The notes under the pieces: model-generated
The model's database searches: none
The model's input: the letters and a program-made list of their open reading frames with translations, nothing else
What the model was told of the DNA's origin: nothing
In this document: piece by piece, positions 26,342 through 42,557 of the stretch
Layout of the letters: the number at the start of each line of letters is the position of its first letter
How positions within the stretch are numbered: the first letter of the stretch is position 1
Program-made: the position numbers and the translations under genes
NCBI GenBank assembly: GCA_040954595.2
Contig: CM082595.2
Span: 4,676,137 to 4,740,136, forward strand
Reading direction: 5' to 3'
DNA: 64,000 bases
Source of the DNA: Balanoglossus misakiensis
Lineage: Eukaryota > Animalia > Hemichordata

Positions 26342-29300
26342 TAGATAGGCCGCCTCCTTCACTGCCTTACCAGGCAAACACTTACCCTGGGCTGTCAGCC
26401 TGAGCAGCTGGTAAGTAGATCTGCTCAAACACATAGCCTGACACTCGTTCCCATAATATCTTAGAAATTGCCTCTTCCCTGAAAAACACAAGAATGTTTT
26501 CACAATCAGGGTTATTTCTGTTGTAATTTTTTTTCCCGATCTATCATCTGGTTTCAAACTTCTGAAATACTTGGCTATGTTTATCTTCCTCTGTGATTTA
26601 CATTATTCCATGGTGCCTTGAATAGTACTGAAGTGTGCTGTGACTACAAATTCATCAAAATGCTAGGAAGACAAATTTAGTGTTGGGATACCAGACTTAC
26701 CACTGTTTTGGTGAAATCTCTCCCAGTCTCAAAACCTCATCCAGAAGTTCACCTTTGGCTTTTTCAAAAAGCTCATCCTGCAGACAGAGAATGTTGCAGG
26801 GAAAAAAATTGGCATTATGACACTACTTGTACACACATGACAAACATACATTTATACTTTTTGTGCCCTGGCAAGACCCATGGTCGTCCTCTGCCCCGAC
26901 AGTCGATTTTTCTGTGATTTTTCAAAATACTCATGAGTCTAAGTTAAGCAGCCAATAATACTGGTCTGGTTGAGGTAGCTAGCCTGTGGGCTCGGTCTCC
27001 GGTAAATTAAGTTGCTCACATCCCCAACAGAAAGGTCCTAGGTTCTTATTGTCGTATTTTGTTCTAGGGTACATAATCAGCCTGCCATCTTACCCTGTCC
27101 AACTCTCTCATCCTCGGAAAGTTATTTTTCCACTCCGTCTCCAGATTAAACCTTGTGGCCTTGAAAGCATCCGCCTGCTGCTCCACTGATTCCCGCACCA
27201 TCTTCCAAAAACAGTCGGACACCGCAAAACTTAGATTCTGCGTCGTCATTTGACTTGGTTTCAATGTCCCAGTCCTACACAAATCAATTTTAAAGCACAT
27301 ATATTCATCATTACAAATATCATTGTTTTTTGTGTGTGGTATTTTGGGTCTTCACTCAAGAAAATATGGGTGTGATTGGTTTAACCCTTTCACCACCATG
27401 GTTCAGTCCAACCCCAATGTTTTAGGTTGTAAGGTTGGACCTCTATAGTAGGAACTGGGGGGTGACTGGTTCAGAGTGATCAACTGTGCCCTTACTTGAA
27501 TAGCTGGGATGTTCGGAAGAAACTCTCTTCATACTCTTTGATGGCTTCTATGCTGTCGTTAGTGTTGCCTAGGAAACAAGACAAACATATAAGTCACATG
27601 GCACACAAAATATTTTGTATGTGTATAGAAAGATGCTTAGCAAGCAAGAGGAGCTTTCAAAATGTATATGGTGCATATACTAAAGGGACATTAGCTGTAA
27701 CTGTAGTGTAATACTAACCTTTGCCAGTCACTACTGCGAAATATCCCAAAGCCTTCATTGGGAAAAGTTTACCTTCGAGAATTTGCTTGATCTGTGTCAA
27801 GGAAAAAAAGTTAAACTTTGAAGATTAATTGTAAACCCAGGTTAGTGGTTAAGGTGTTCAAAAACTTTGAATCCAAAGCCAAAATACATTCTATGCTTTA
27901 TAAAACCGTTTTCCAAACAAAATCGTGATTCAACATTTTCTGTGAAAGCATAGACAAAACAGACTCAATCTTCTTTTTACTGTCAGAACTTATTCAAGAT
28001 CATTTTCTTCATGTACTGGTTCATTCATCTTACCCACAATGATAATGATACTGCCCACAGTTTTAAACAAGACATGTGGGTCAGTCCAAGATATTGCTAG
28101 CATGGGGGTGGCCTGGCTTACCCGACTTGGGTTTGCAGAATGCTTTTCAGCAAGGTCCACCTTAGTCAACACAAAAATGGTACGCTTGCCCTCCGGGTCC
28201 ATACTGGTTGCTATGTCTGTTACTATGCTGCGTTCAGCATCCACTGAACCGTCTGTGGGCGAAAAACAGGGAAGGAAAGTTAAAGGGACAAAGTATCTCT
28301 CTCTCTCGCTGCCCTTTCCCCATTAATTATGTTCGATACAAGACACTGTTTGTGTTATTCAACATGTGGATATATAGTGAATCAACGTTCCATCACACAC
28401 GACTCTCATCCCGTTTGTAGAATACGAGAGAGAAAATCACGCCGAATTGAATAAATGGTAGAGACTGATTATTCACTGCTGGACAGCCAGACATTCTGTG
28501 AAAGAGAATAACTTTGATGTTAAAAAGGGCATTACCTTGAATGCATAGTATGATTGCATTGGGGTTCTTCATGTAATTCTTGCTCATCTTCTCGATTGCG
28601 GTTTTGGTGTCAGAGGCCATGCCTGTAGTCATCGTCTACAAGAAAGAGTATGAGAGAACTTAGAAACCACGGAAGTGCCTCAATCACAACCTGCTATTAT
28701 TAAACTCAGAGTGTGCATTCTAAAACTGAAAAGGTCTTTTAGCTAATGCTTTCAGCAATTTTCTTCCACTTTTCTGCTCAAACAGAAATTTTGAGTTTTA
28801 CTAAATCTGCTGTGAAATTCATTAAATTTTATAAGCCACATGATCTAAGATATTTGAAGCTTTATTTTGATATTATTTTCAACAGCGAAGAGAATCTGGA
28901 AAAATAATGGACAGAAATATTGTTCTACAATTAATACTAACACTAATGATTCCTGGCAGATCAACCAGCACCATTCTCTGTATGCCTGGTCCCCGTACAC
29001 TCAGTGAAATCGTCTGAAAAAACAGAAAACAAATGTCAGTCCATAGAGATCTCTCAAACATTTTTCCATGAAGGACAATCTCTGATATACATACAGACAT
29101 TTACACAAAATTAAACATGGAAGTTTGTAGCAGCCAATGGCCATCCTCACCCACCTCACTACTAACTGTCTGCCCTTTGCCAACTCGGTTCCTCATTCGG
29201 AATTCAATTTCCTGTCTTAGTGCTTGAAGCTGTGAATATATAGAGTGGACATCTGAATTAAGATAAGCAACAATGATTTTTGTAAAAGCAATGTCTACAA

Positions 29301-32300
29301 CACAGGACTTCCCAGGAGTATGCAAGATCAAAAATCGACCCCCCCCCCCAAAAAAAAAAAAAAAAAATAAAGAGCAGTAATTTAGATGTAGTATGTATAA
29401 TATTTGCTTTCACGTATGCAAACTTGACTACTGTTACCATGGAAATTCAAATATGTAGCCAATCACAGATTTTCAGTGGGTGGCACACATCACAAAACAA
29501 GTACGCCACCACATGGCCAATTGAACACTTAGACAAGCCCTTATGACCATATCTAGGGATATGTAAATTAGAGATGACCGTAAACCTTTAAAGTGAGTTG
29601 CTTAATTATAAAACAGGGCTAATGTGTGCAATTCGGCATTTACCTCAGATTCTTTTGTGAGATCATATTCTCGATTGCTGTCCTTGAACTGTGCCACATG
29701 GTATGGTCCCTCACTCAGGGTCACCTTGACCGGCGTCCGAGTCATCATTTCGCCAGAACCCCTGCAAAACACAAGACGAGTAAATGAGCAACTGTAGTCA
29801 GGGAAAAGTAGAGAAACAAAAAGATTATGGAAATAAAATTAACAATATGGCATCTGGCAACCATACTGGGTTGTACTACAGGATAAATTGACTTATATTA
29901 TGTATACCATTTTGCAGTGGCCCCCCACATGTCCAAACAACAGGTCCGGAATGATGCAAGCACACACACACACACATGCACTGACAGATGGACGGACAAA
30001 GCCCAATCAGGGACTGAAAAAAGCAACAGGAGAGAGAGAAAGAGAAACCAACCTTGGGAAGAGTCTGGCCTGGGCAATCATTTCAAGAACACTGGTTTTA
30101 CCCGAACTCTGATCTCCCACAACAACCACCTGTAGAATGTTGAACAAAACAAATGATGTGCATTAATCCTGAATAAGCAAACACAACCTTCAAAAATCCA
30201 ACAGAACCCCTGGTTATGATTATATACGAATCTGCAAGTACTCAGCCTCTGGCACAGTGTTGGCAAAGTGACTCAACAAAGCGAAAACGAAAACCCAGAA
30301 TGTGCCTTACCCTCGGTAGATGATCCTGGGTGTCGTAGCTACTGTCAAAGTCCGATAACTCATCTAACACTTCTGAATACATATCAATCAATGATTTCTG
30401 AAAGACAGATCCCCCAGACAGTGGTAATGCAGACAGTCACATAATAATACACTGAGTAACAATTCAGTAAAATACACAGAAGAATACCATCAAAGCATTC
30501 TCAGACATGTGCACCTGCATTCCTGCATTAGTTTAGAGATATGATCAAAAATGGCTGACTGGTTAAGTCAATATGGCTGCTTGATGTGCAGCCACCTTAT
30601 ATACAACAACAAAGCTACATCAGGAACACCATAATCTATTTCAGACCAAAAACTTACCTGCACTTTTCTACCCAAATTTTTCCTGTTTCCTTTCAACAAC
30701 AGATTCTTCCTCAGTAGCTTATTCTCTTTCTCAAGTCTCTCTATTTCTCTCTGAAATCTCAACTGCGACAAAATGACAAAGTGTTAACATGTTACAATTG
30801 ATGTGGTAATACTCATGCAACAGGCATGTTCCATGTTTACTATTTTTGTACAGCAAACTGTTCAATTGATCTGTTACACTCAGTGTGGTAACCAATTTTG
30901 CTGCTGACCGCAGTAAAGTCAAAACATCTCACCTGTGTCTCCAGGAATTCTTCCTTGGCTTTGAGAAGTTTCTCTCTTTCATTTGGCTGAAAGAAGAGAA
31001 AAAAGGAGATGTTTCTATAAACGCTGATAGCATTATGCAGGATTACCAGTAGTGTTCTTATGTGTGTTAAGACGGCTTCTAGTTCTAGTCACTTCCATAT
31101 AAATATTTGTCAGCACATGTATGATTACAATGCAGTGTTTCTGTTAGCTTGAACCAGCTTTCATACACACATATGTACACAGGACAAAAAGACACAGTTA
31201 CTGACACCCCCCCCCCCCCACCCACCCCCAAAAAACCCACACATCTCACCTGATCATCAGACAGCAAGCCAGACTTAGCGCTTCCCATAGCTGCCATGGT
31301 TGTCACACCTTCGTCAGATTCTACAGCAGAAGCCACAGAGAAAAGAAAGAAAGCATGTTACTACAACATTGCCTCTTTAATTCCCTCCATTAATACATTG
31401 GACCAGCAGAAAAACTCTTGCACATCTTTGGGGGAATTCTCAAGCTCCATAGGTAAATCCAACATTTGTAAAAAGTAGGTCTTTTTTTCCTCCCAGACCA
31501 GGACCTAACCAACATTACAATGACATACAAATTACGAAAGTAAAACTCATAGAAGCCAACCTACAATTATTATTTATCACATTACAAACCATGAACAAAT
31601 ATTGTTCATGGCTATTCACGCAAAGATACAAGAATGCTAAACTATGGGGAAAAAAAGAAGAGATGTTTGCAAATGATTTGATGACTCTTGCTGTGTACTA
31701 GTCTAGTATCTAGCCATGTGTTGTCCACTTTGCTTCTAAAACTAAAGTCTAGCCTTGTGGATGCCACCGGCCCAATAAAGCCTTACACTCTTTAAATACT
31801 CAAATAAATAATAAATATTTATATTTATTTAAATAATAAATAAATAAATAAATAATAAATAATAAATAAATGAATTGTGATGTAAACAGTATCCCCAATT
31901 CCCAGCCTGGAGTATCAGGCTTTCGTGGGCCAGATGCATGCTCATGGCTAGATGTCAGTTTTGAAAGCAGAGTGGAAAACACATGTCTAGATACTAGGCT
32001 AGCTGAGTACAGACCTCCTGATTTAAGTAAGCTAGACGCTGCCTGAGACATCTCTGAAAATCCCGCTGTGATGAGGTTGGATCCTATGAGATAAGGATGC
32101 ACAAACAAACAAACAAACAAACAAACTAAATACAACTGAAACATAAAAGGTAATTACAGTTCGGATTGGACCCAACCTCTTGGAGCAGGTTTTTAATTCT
32201 GTCACCCCCACAAGCTTGATTACTAGTATAAGCAACTGCATACACATTGTGCTAAGGGCAGTTGAACAAGAAAATGCTGGTCATACACAAAAAATAAAAC

Positions 32301-33780
32301 AGTGAAAAATGGAAGCTAAAAGAGGCTTTGCAAATCAAAACAGCAACCCCCGGTGTTACGTTTCTGCACAGGCAATCAAACAAGCAAACAAACCTGACCG
32401 CTTTGTGTTAGCGTAACAGAAAATGTGTGCGCCAAAATAAACTTATTCAGGACACAACAGGGCTACAAACTGCATCACCACTACTCTACACTGCACTGTG
32501 CACAATTTCAGGGCCTGGATGACTTTTTTGATCTTTTGCTAGATACCTTCCGGGGCCACTGCATTCCAACCAGATACCAGGCCACCCTCGGGAACCCAAT
32601 CTTTGAAACTTTCAACTTTGTGTAAACCTTTCCTCAGCCAACCTTTCTCCGGTAGATGCAGGCGACCGGAAAACTTTTTCAGCTCCGCCATGAAGTTCTT
32701 GAAGTTGTCACCATCCGGAATCAACTCCTTCATCCATGTTAAGTCCGGCACTTTGTCTTTCCATGAATCGTAAGTCTGAAAATTGAGGAAAAATACGGCA
32801 TATCCATTTAATTAATATTTGACAAAATTTCATTCATTTTATGCATTGCATGTACATTGTAATGTCTAAAACAGTTTTTTGTTTGTTGTTATTATATGTG
32901 AAAATTGCCAGTTCATGGGGCTTTAAAACCTGTCTATGATTGGTGGCTGATAAACACTTGATAGACCTACCGTCTTCAGACTGACTCCTCCGACAGCTCC
33001 TCCTGTTAGAATGATGTATCTCAGCCGGAAAACCTTCAGTAGTCTTCCTACACTCTGGAGAGTGCTTACAGATCTCGTTGCCTTGTACATCACTGGCAAG
33101 TTGGTTCTGTAGTGCAGGGTAGCCCTGTTGGCCAGTGTCGAGTGGGACTGGAGTGCCAGTTGTCTGTTCCCGCTATTGCATGGCTGGCACAGTCTGGATG
33201 ACGCCTGCCGATATGGGACAACTGCTTTGCTTCCATGACAAGCGGTTAGATTTGAAGCAGCTGATTTCAAACACTTGCCACAGTATGGGCTGATGAGAAA
33301 AAGAAAATCTTACTTGTGATTTAATCCCCACAGAAAACTAGCAGACTATTCAGCCAATATATAACCTTCGGCCTCCTGTATGTATCAACAGTGTGCCCTC
33401 TAAACCCATATGACCCACCACTGTGTGTATTTAGACCACACTTTTTGAACATTCATCTCGTCAACAATTTCATTTAAAATGACATCTAAGATAGGCACTG
33501 CAGTGTAGCTCAAGGTTGTTTCCTTGTCACATTTCAGGTGGTAAGAGAATAATGGAACAGCCTCCCCAATTTGCTCATACATACAATTTAATTATTCTCT
33601 TACCACCTGAGATGTGGCTGAAGGTTTGACTTAAGACGACGACATTGTGAATGTGAGTGTGTCTGCTCACATGAAGTTGCAGAAATGTACCACACATGCA
33701 AATGCACTGAGGTGGGCGTGGTCAGGGTTGATGGATTTTACAGTTGCAGTGCGGAGAATGCTGCACATTGACGAAGGCAT
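22245..33780 (-). CDS. OPA1: Dynamin-like 120 kDa mitochondrial GTPase OPA1 (multi-exon; 3' terminal exon not found in window)
   Basis: Hand-spliced GT-AG exons in transcript order: 33671-33780 (tentative exon 1), 32971-33289, 32547-32775, [32015-32083 optional], 31250-31320, 30933-30986, 30658-30762, 30311-30397, 30053-30129, 29644-29761, 29155-29229, 28942-29013, 28536-28635, 28122-28252, 27719-27791, 27496-27568, 27094-27274, 26701-26777, 26386-26478, 25871-25943, 25444-25599, 24844-24952, 24208-24341, 23674-23760, 23072-23188, 22597-22690, 22245-22355. All phases are consistent (~975 codons). The translation has the TM segment [53 protein letters not shown] (G1), [13 protein letters not shown] (G2), LVDLPG (G3), VLTKVD (G4), [14 protein letters not shown] and [13 protein letters not shown], all typical of OPA1. 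Confidence 0.96.
24001..24162. mobile_element. Tigger/pogo-like MITE, second copy (inverted) in an OPA1 intron
   Basis: cagtcaaacctgt...acaggtttgactg-ta TIRs. The interior is the reverse complement of 1206-1378. Confidence 0.78.
24672..24764. mobile_element. piggyBac-like ~90-bp MITE
   Basis: taaccctttcacc ... ggtgaaagggttaa TIRs. Confidence 0.75.
26307..26348. repeat. (AGAC)n/(AGAT)n microsatellite
   Basis: Directly visible. Confidence 0.9.
27381..27471. mobile_element. piggyBac-like ~90-bp MITE
   Basis: ttaaccctttcaccaccatggttcagtcc...ggaactggggggtga; right TIR degenerate. Confidence 0.7.
28280..28481. mobile_element. Partial copy of the 250-474 MITE inside an OPA1 intron
   Basis: Shares ttaaagggaca, tctctctcgctgccc, gatacaaga, gatatatagtgaatcaacgttc, catcccgtttgtag and ggtagagactgattattca with 250-474, in the same order. 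Confidence 0.75.
31801..31872. repeat. (AAAT)n AT-rich low-complexity repeat
   Basis: Directly visible. Confidence 0.85.
32015..32083 (-). CDS. OPA1: Candidate 69-nt phase1-phase1 cassette exon of OPA1
   Basis: Acceptor ccttatctcatag|GA and donor GGAG|gtctgt. Open, frame-preserving 23 codons ([23 protein letters not shown]) between the phase-1 exons ending at 32547 and starting at 31320. The donor is only moderate. Confidence 0.5.
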
Positions 33781-34776
33781 TCGATTTAATACTAAATATT
33801 CCGTCTCCTCGGGACTACCTGAACATTTAACAGGCCTCTCTTGGTTTCTGTGCAGAATCTGAAACACGATTATCACGTGACATACAAAAGTGACAGACGA
33901 CGCGACGTAACACTGGGTTCGACAGACCGAACACTTGCGCTGACTGCTGGTGTATAGTGAACATTTTCAATATAACGGGTTCATTAACATGCGAACAGAA
34001 TGAAAATGAATAACAATATTGCTTTCCAGTCACCCCTCTTGGTCAAAATTATCGTGAATTGCGTCATGTACGATTTCTGCCTTGAGGAGTTTATGTCCTG
34101 TATCACATATAAACGGTAGCATGACAGTCTGCACGTTCGCATTACTTAGTCGAAACTTTAGAAAACTCCTTAAATATATCGTTGACCCTCTACTTACCCA
34201 AACGCACCCGATGATACTCGTATCATGTGTAATTTTCTGCCTTGTTCTTGGAACTTCTTGACACACTAATACATCTCGCACAGAGATTCTGCAGACAGGT
34301 TGAAAGGGTAACTGAGGTCAGGTCACCGAAAGTCCTATAATTTGCAACATGTGCATTCGAATTAGTATAATTTGCCGAACATATTGATCACCTCCCCATT
34401 AAATAAAGTCTGCTACATCATATTTGTGAGTTATAAATATTTTATTCAGTTATATTGGTCATTAAAATTAAATTCTTAAATCAGAAACTAAAACTGTGTG
34501 TATAATGTGTCTGTAAAAGCGGTACTTGTTTAGAAATCCAAACAAAATGGCTGCGCCCATGGAATTGGAATCGAGGAATCGAAGTTCTGTTTTGAAACGT
34601 GTGTTGTCCTAGTTCTCGGTCGATCACTTTGTCAAAGAGTCATTCTCTGCCCTTATTTATTGCAGAACTGCTTAGATTTTAATCAGTTTAACAGTAGGAG
34701 GTGATAATACCGACTGGACTACGACAACACAACTTTTCTTTCAAGCACGTGAACATTCTGAGGTTGTCAAACCAGA
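33781..34776. promoter_or_regulatory. Divergent (bidirectional) promoter region of OPA1 and GTF2H2
   Basis: Head-to-head start codons ~1 kb apart. Locally CpG-richer (33860-33950, 34550-34760), with E-box TCACGTGAC near 33873 and YY1-like CAAAATGGCTGC at 34543-34554. Confidence 0.65.
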
Positions 34777-39677
<4,901 letters not shown>

Positions 39678-40362
39678 GAGGAGCGTTCATCCAGAGCTGT
39701 GTATTCCTGGTGCAACAACAGTAAACCAAAGCGCTACTACATAGTACTACAATTCTGGCTGCCTTAAATAGGTTTTCACTTTGCCCTAGGGGGTCAAATC
39801 ACATTGCATTCTGGGTGAAAAGTGGACGACCCACTGTAGTAAGAGACAAAAGAAATGATATGTTTACTGTATTTCAAACTTTTTTCACATTTTGTTATTT
39901 TTTCTGTTACAAAGTTTCAGAATGACCCATCATCACGTAAGTTTATGAACTCCCATTTCTTAAACATGGCAAAAATCGGCCATCTTGAAATTGTGTTGAC
40001 CATGTGAGATTTTTATCACTCACCTAGGGAGCATAACACTATTTAAGTTGGGCAGAATAATGAGAGAATTCATCAATTAAAATACTTTACCTATGGCCTA
40101 CTGGCCTCATTATGTGCGAGAACTTTATTGCAGTGTGCCGCTTGGCATTGCCTGTACTTTCCAAAGGTCAAAATCTAGGTCATTGCCTTATATTGTGTAC
40201 AGAACTGCTTGAAAAGTTTGACACCATTTTGCAGATTGGCACTGTATGCATATTGTGAAGCCCACAGACAAAAAGTGCCATGTGTGTAGTGTTGCTTGCA
40301 TCTGTTTCAATCCATGTACCCTTGTGAAATTTTGTCATGTACCACAAAAATCCTCCCAGGTC

Positions 40363-40368
40363 AATAAA
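40363..40368 (+). terminator. Candidate polyadenylation signal of GTF2H2
   Basis: AATAAA ~690 nt after the stop, followed by a GT-rich tract (tgtttgtgtcttgtttttgt, 40391-40410). Confidence 0.45.
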
Positions 40369-41314
40369 AATGTAACGTTTCTATATCAACTGTTTGTGTC
40401 TTGTTTTTGTCATGGCAAAACTAAGCATGGTAGGCATGTTACGGTACTTGTGGTGATTGAAGTAAGATAGCGAAAAATTGGTGATATTTGCATGTTGGGG
40501 CAATTTTTGCCATTGTTGAAGGAAAACAATTGAAATTATGCGGGGTGTGCTTTATATATTTACATAAAAATATGCTACTCTTTTGCGTGTCGTTTTGAGC
40601 AACTTAGTTTTGTGCACGTTAACGTTTTTAGATAATGATTAACTGAAGGTTAATTTTCAATTGATGGCGTAAAATGAGGTCGCGTGCGTTTTACTGCCGA
40701 CCATCCTTAACTTGAACCATGGACGTCCTTCAACCCATGTGCCGTTGTCTAGTGTCAGGCCCCCTGGTCTAGAGTGATTACGGGTATCCGGCTATAAGTC
40801 ACTATTGTTGTACTCTTTGCACCAGCAAATTTTCAAGCTCCGATCATCCAGTAAGTACCCATTTTGGCATTTTAGCTTCTTCCAACAACATTGTCTGTCT
40901 ATCAGGAGTAATCAGCGTCCGGACTTAATATCGTTCGAAGTACATTTTGATCAATGTTTTTTTTTGGAAGTTACGCTGAAAGGATTCGAAAATGGGTCGA
41001 TAGTACCACAGTGAACGTGACTGAACATCGAAGGTCAAGTTATCGCTACTGCACACACTTGATGGTGGTGTAGCAACGGTGGTATGAATCTGGTATCATC
41101 ATGGTTTTGAGCTAGCATGAGTTTCGAGACTGTTCGATATAATAAAATTCGATCTCAGATACCTAGAACCCAACAAAATCTACATATATACAATCTAATT
41201 TTGCTGAATCGGATCATAGATTAATTATTAACAACGAAACGTACCCATATATATCAGACATATTATGTAACAAAAGACTGCAAATGTTAAAAAGTTAGGT
41301 TACTGGCCTATCTG

Positions 41315-41397
41315 ATTAATATCAGGAGTAGGGAAACGGCGACGTGGTTTTTTATGCATAAAAAAACCACGTCGCCGTTCCCTACATCTGATTTAAT
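41315..41397. repeat. Near-perfect loopless palindrome (~83 bp)
   Basis: atcag..gtagggaaacggcgacgtggtttttt-atgcat-aaaaaaaccacgtcgccgttccctac..ctgat. Confidence 0.9.
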
Positions 41398-41524
41398 AAG
41401 ATTGGTTACTGACAAGACGTACTTTGTGTGCTCTGGTATATTTCCCGAAATTCACCAGGTTTATGACGTTCATTGTCATCCAATCTTTCGAAAGTTATCC
41501 ACACACAAATCTGCGCAACTCCGT

Positions 41525-41692
41525 TACTGTAAAACACTTTATTTTCGCGAGTAGAAATTTTCGCGATATCGAGAGAGGCAACTGTTTCGCGAGTATTAAT
41601 TTTCGCGTTCTCTTATTTCATTCACTGCATCGTTATCGCGACTTTTCATTTTCACGCTATGTATTGCTCGCGAAAATAAAGTGTTTTACATA
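41525..41692. mobile_element. TA-CTGTAAAAC MITE
   Basis: tactgtaaaacactttattttcgcgag ... ctcgcgaaaataaagtgttttaca, near-identical to 41834-42045 with internal deletions. Confidence 0.85.
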
Positions 41693-41833
41693 TATACCAT
41701 TCTTTAAACAAACCAATATGGCAAAAACAGCGGGTACGTAGTACGTGCACTGCGAGTATACAGACTTTTAATTAATCTAAATGCAATTATCCCAAAATAG
41801 TTCCAATCGCGTTCAATTTACAATCGGGCATTA

Positions 41834-42045
41834 TACTGTAAAACACTTTATTTTCGCGAGTTAAATTTTTCGCGATATCGAGAGAGGCCACTGTTTCGCG
41901 AGTATTAATTATCGCGTTCTCTTATTTCATTCACTGCATCGTTATCTTCAAAAACAATTTACGCGACTTTTTATTTTCACGCTATTTTGGCTCTCGCGTA
42001 TTTGGCGAAAATTAATTGCTCGCGAAAATAAAGTGTTTTACAGTA
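41834..42045. mobile_element. TA-CTGTAAAAC MITE, longest copy
   Basis: Perfect 27-nt TIRs including the TA TSD; 212 bp. Confidence 0.87.
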
Positions 42046-42275
42046 TGTAACAATTTATCCAAACAAACCACAATCAAATCTGTGAAATTCCGTTATGTAA
42101 CAATTTATCCAAACACGTCGATTCGACGTTGTGGATGACCATGAAGGTACCTCCATGGGATGACCAACGTAATAGCCACAGTATGCATGAACGGCACAAC
42201 AATTGCTCTTTCAGTCCCACCTCTCAGTACCTCAATGGTCCCAGGCAAGGTGCCAAAAGCATAGCCCATTGACGC

Positions 42276-42400
42276 CTCTGTCTTCATGCGCCTTTATTCA
42301 TATGCCAGTTCCAATGCCACGGTTACATAACTATCGCCCCTGTCTTCACGAACCTTTATTCTATCCCTAGTTTCTATAGTCCATGCTTACATAACTATCA
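42276..42400. repeat. Degenerate ~62-bp tandem dimer
   Basis: ctgtcttca..cctttattc..agtt..ttacataactatc occurs twice in tandem. Nearby, tatgtaacaatttatccaaaca is duplicated at 42044 and 42094. Confidence 0.7.
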
Positions 42401-42557
42401 TCCAAGCACGCAAAGTAAACACTAAATTAACGTGATGCTGACGTCGACATGCCTGAAGATAAAATAGCAATTTTCAGGATCATTTATGTGTCTACTACAT
42501 AGCTCCACTGTGATAAAACGTACCTTTTGTATTTTCCAGATATTCACATATAGAGCA

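Noticed and set aside
26371-26385. Alternative OPA1 donor (cctg|gtaagg) 15 nt downstream
   Set aside because: The extension reads GGG TAA, a premature stop; no evidence of use.
42486-42557. Upstream in-frame ATG of the ACS ORF
   Set aside because: It runs through a polypyrimidine tract and acceptor and is likely intronic.
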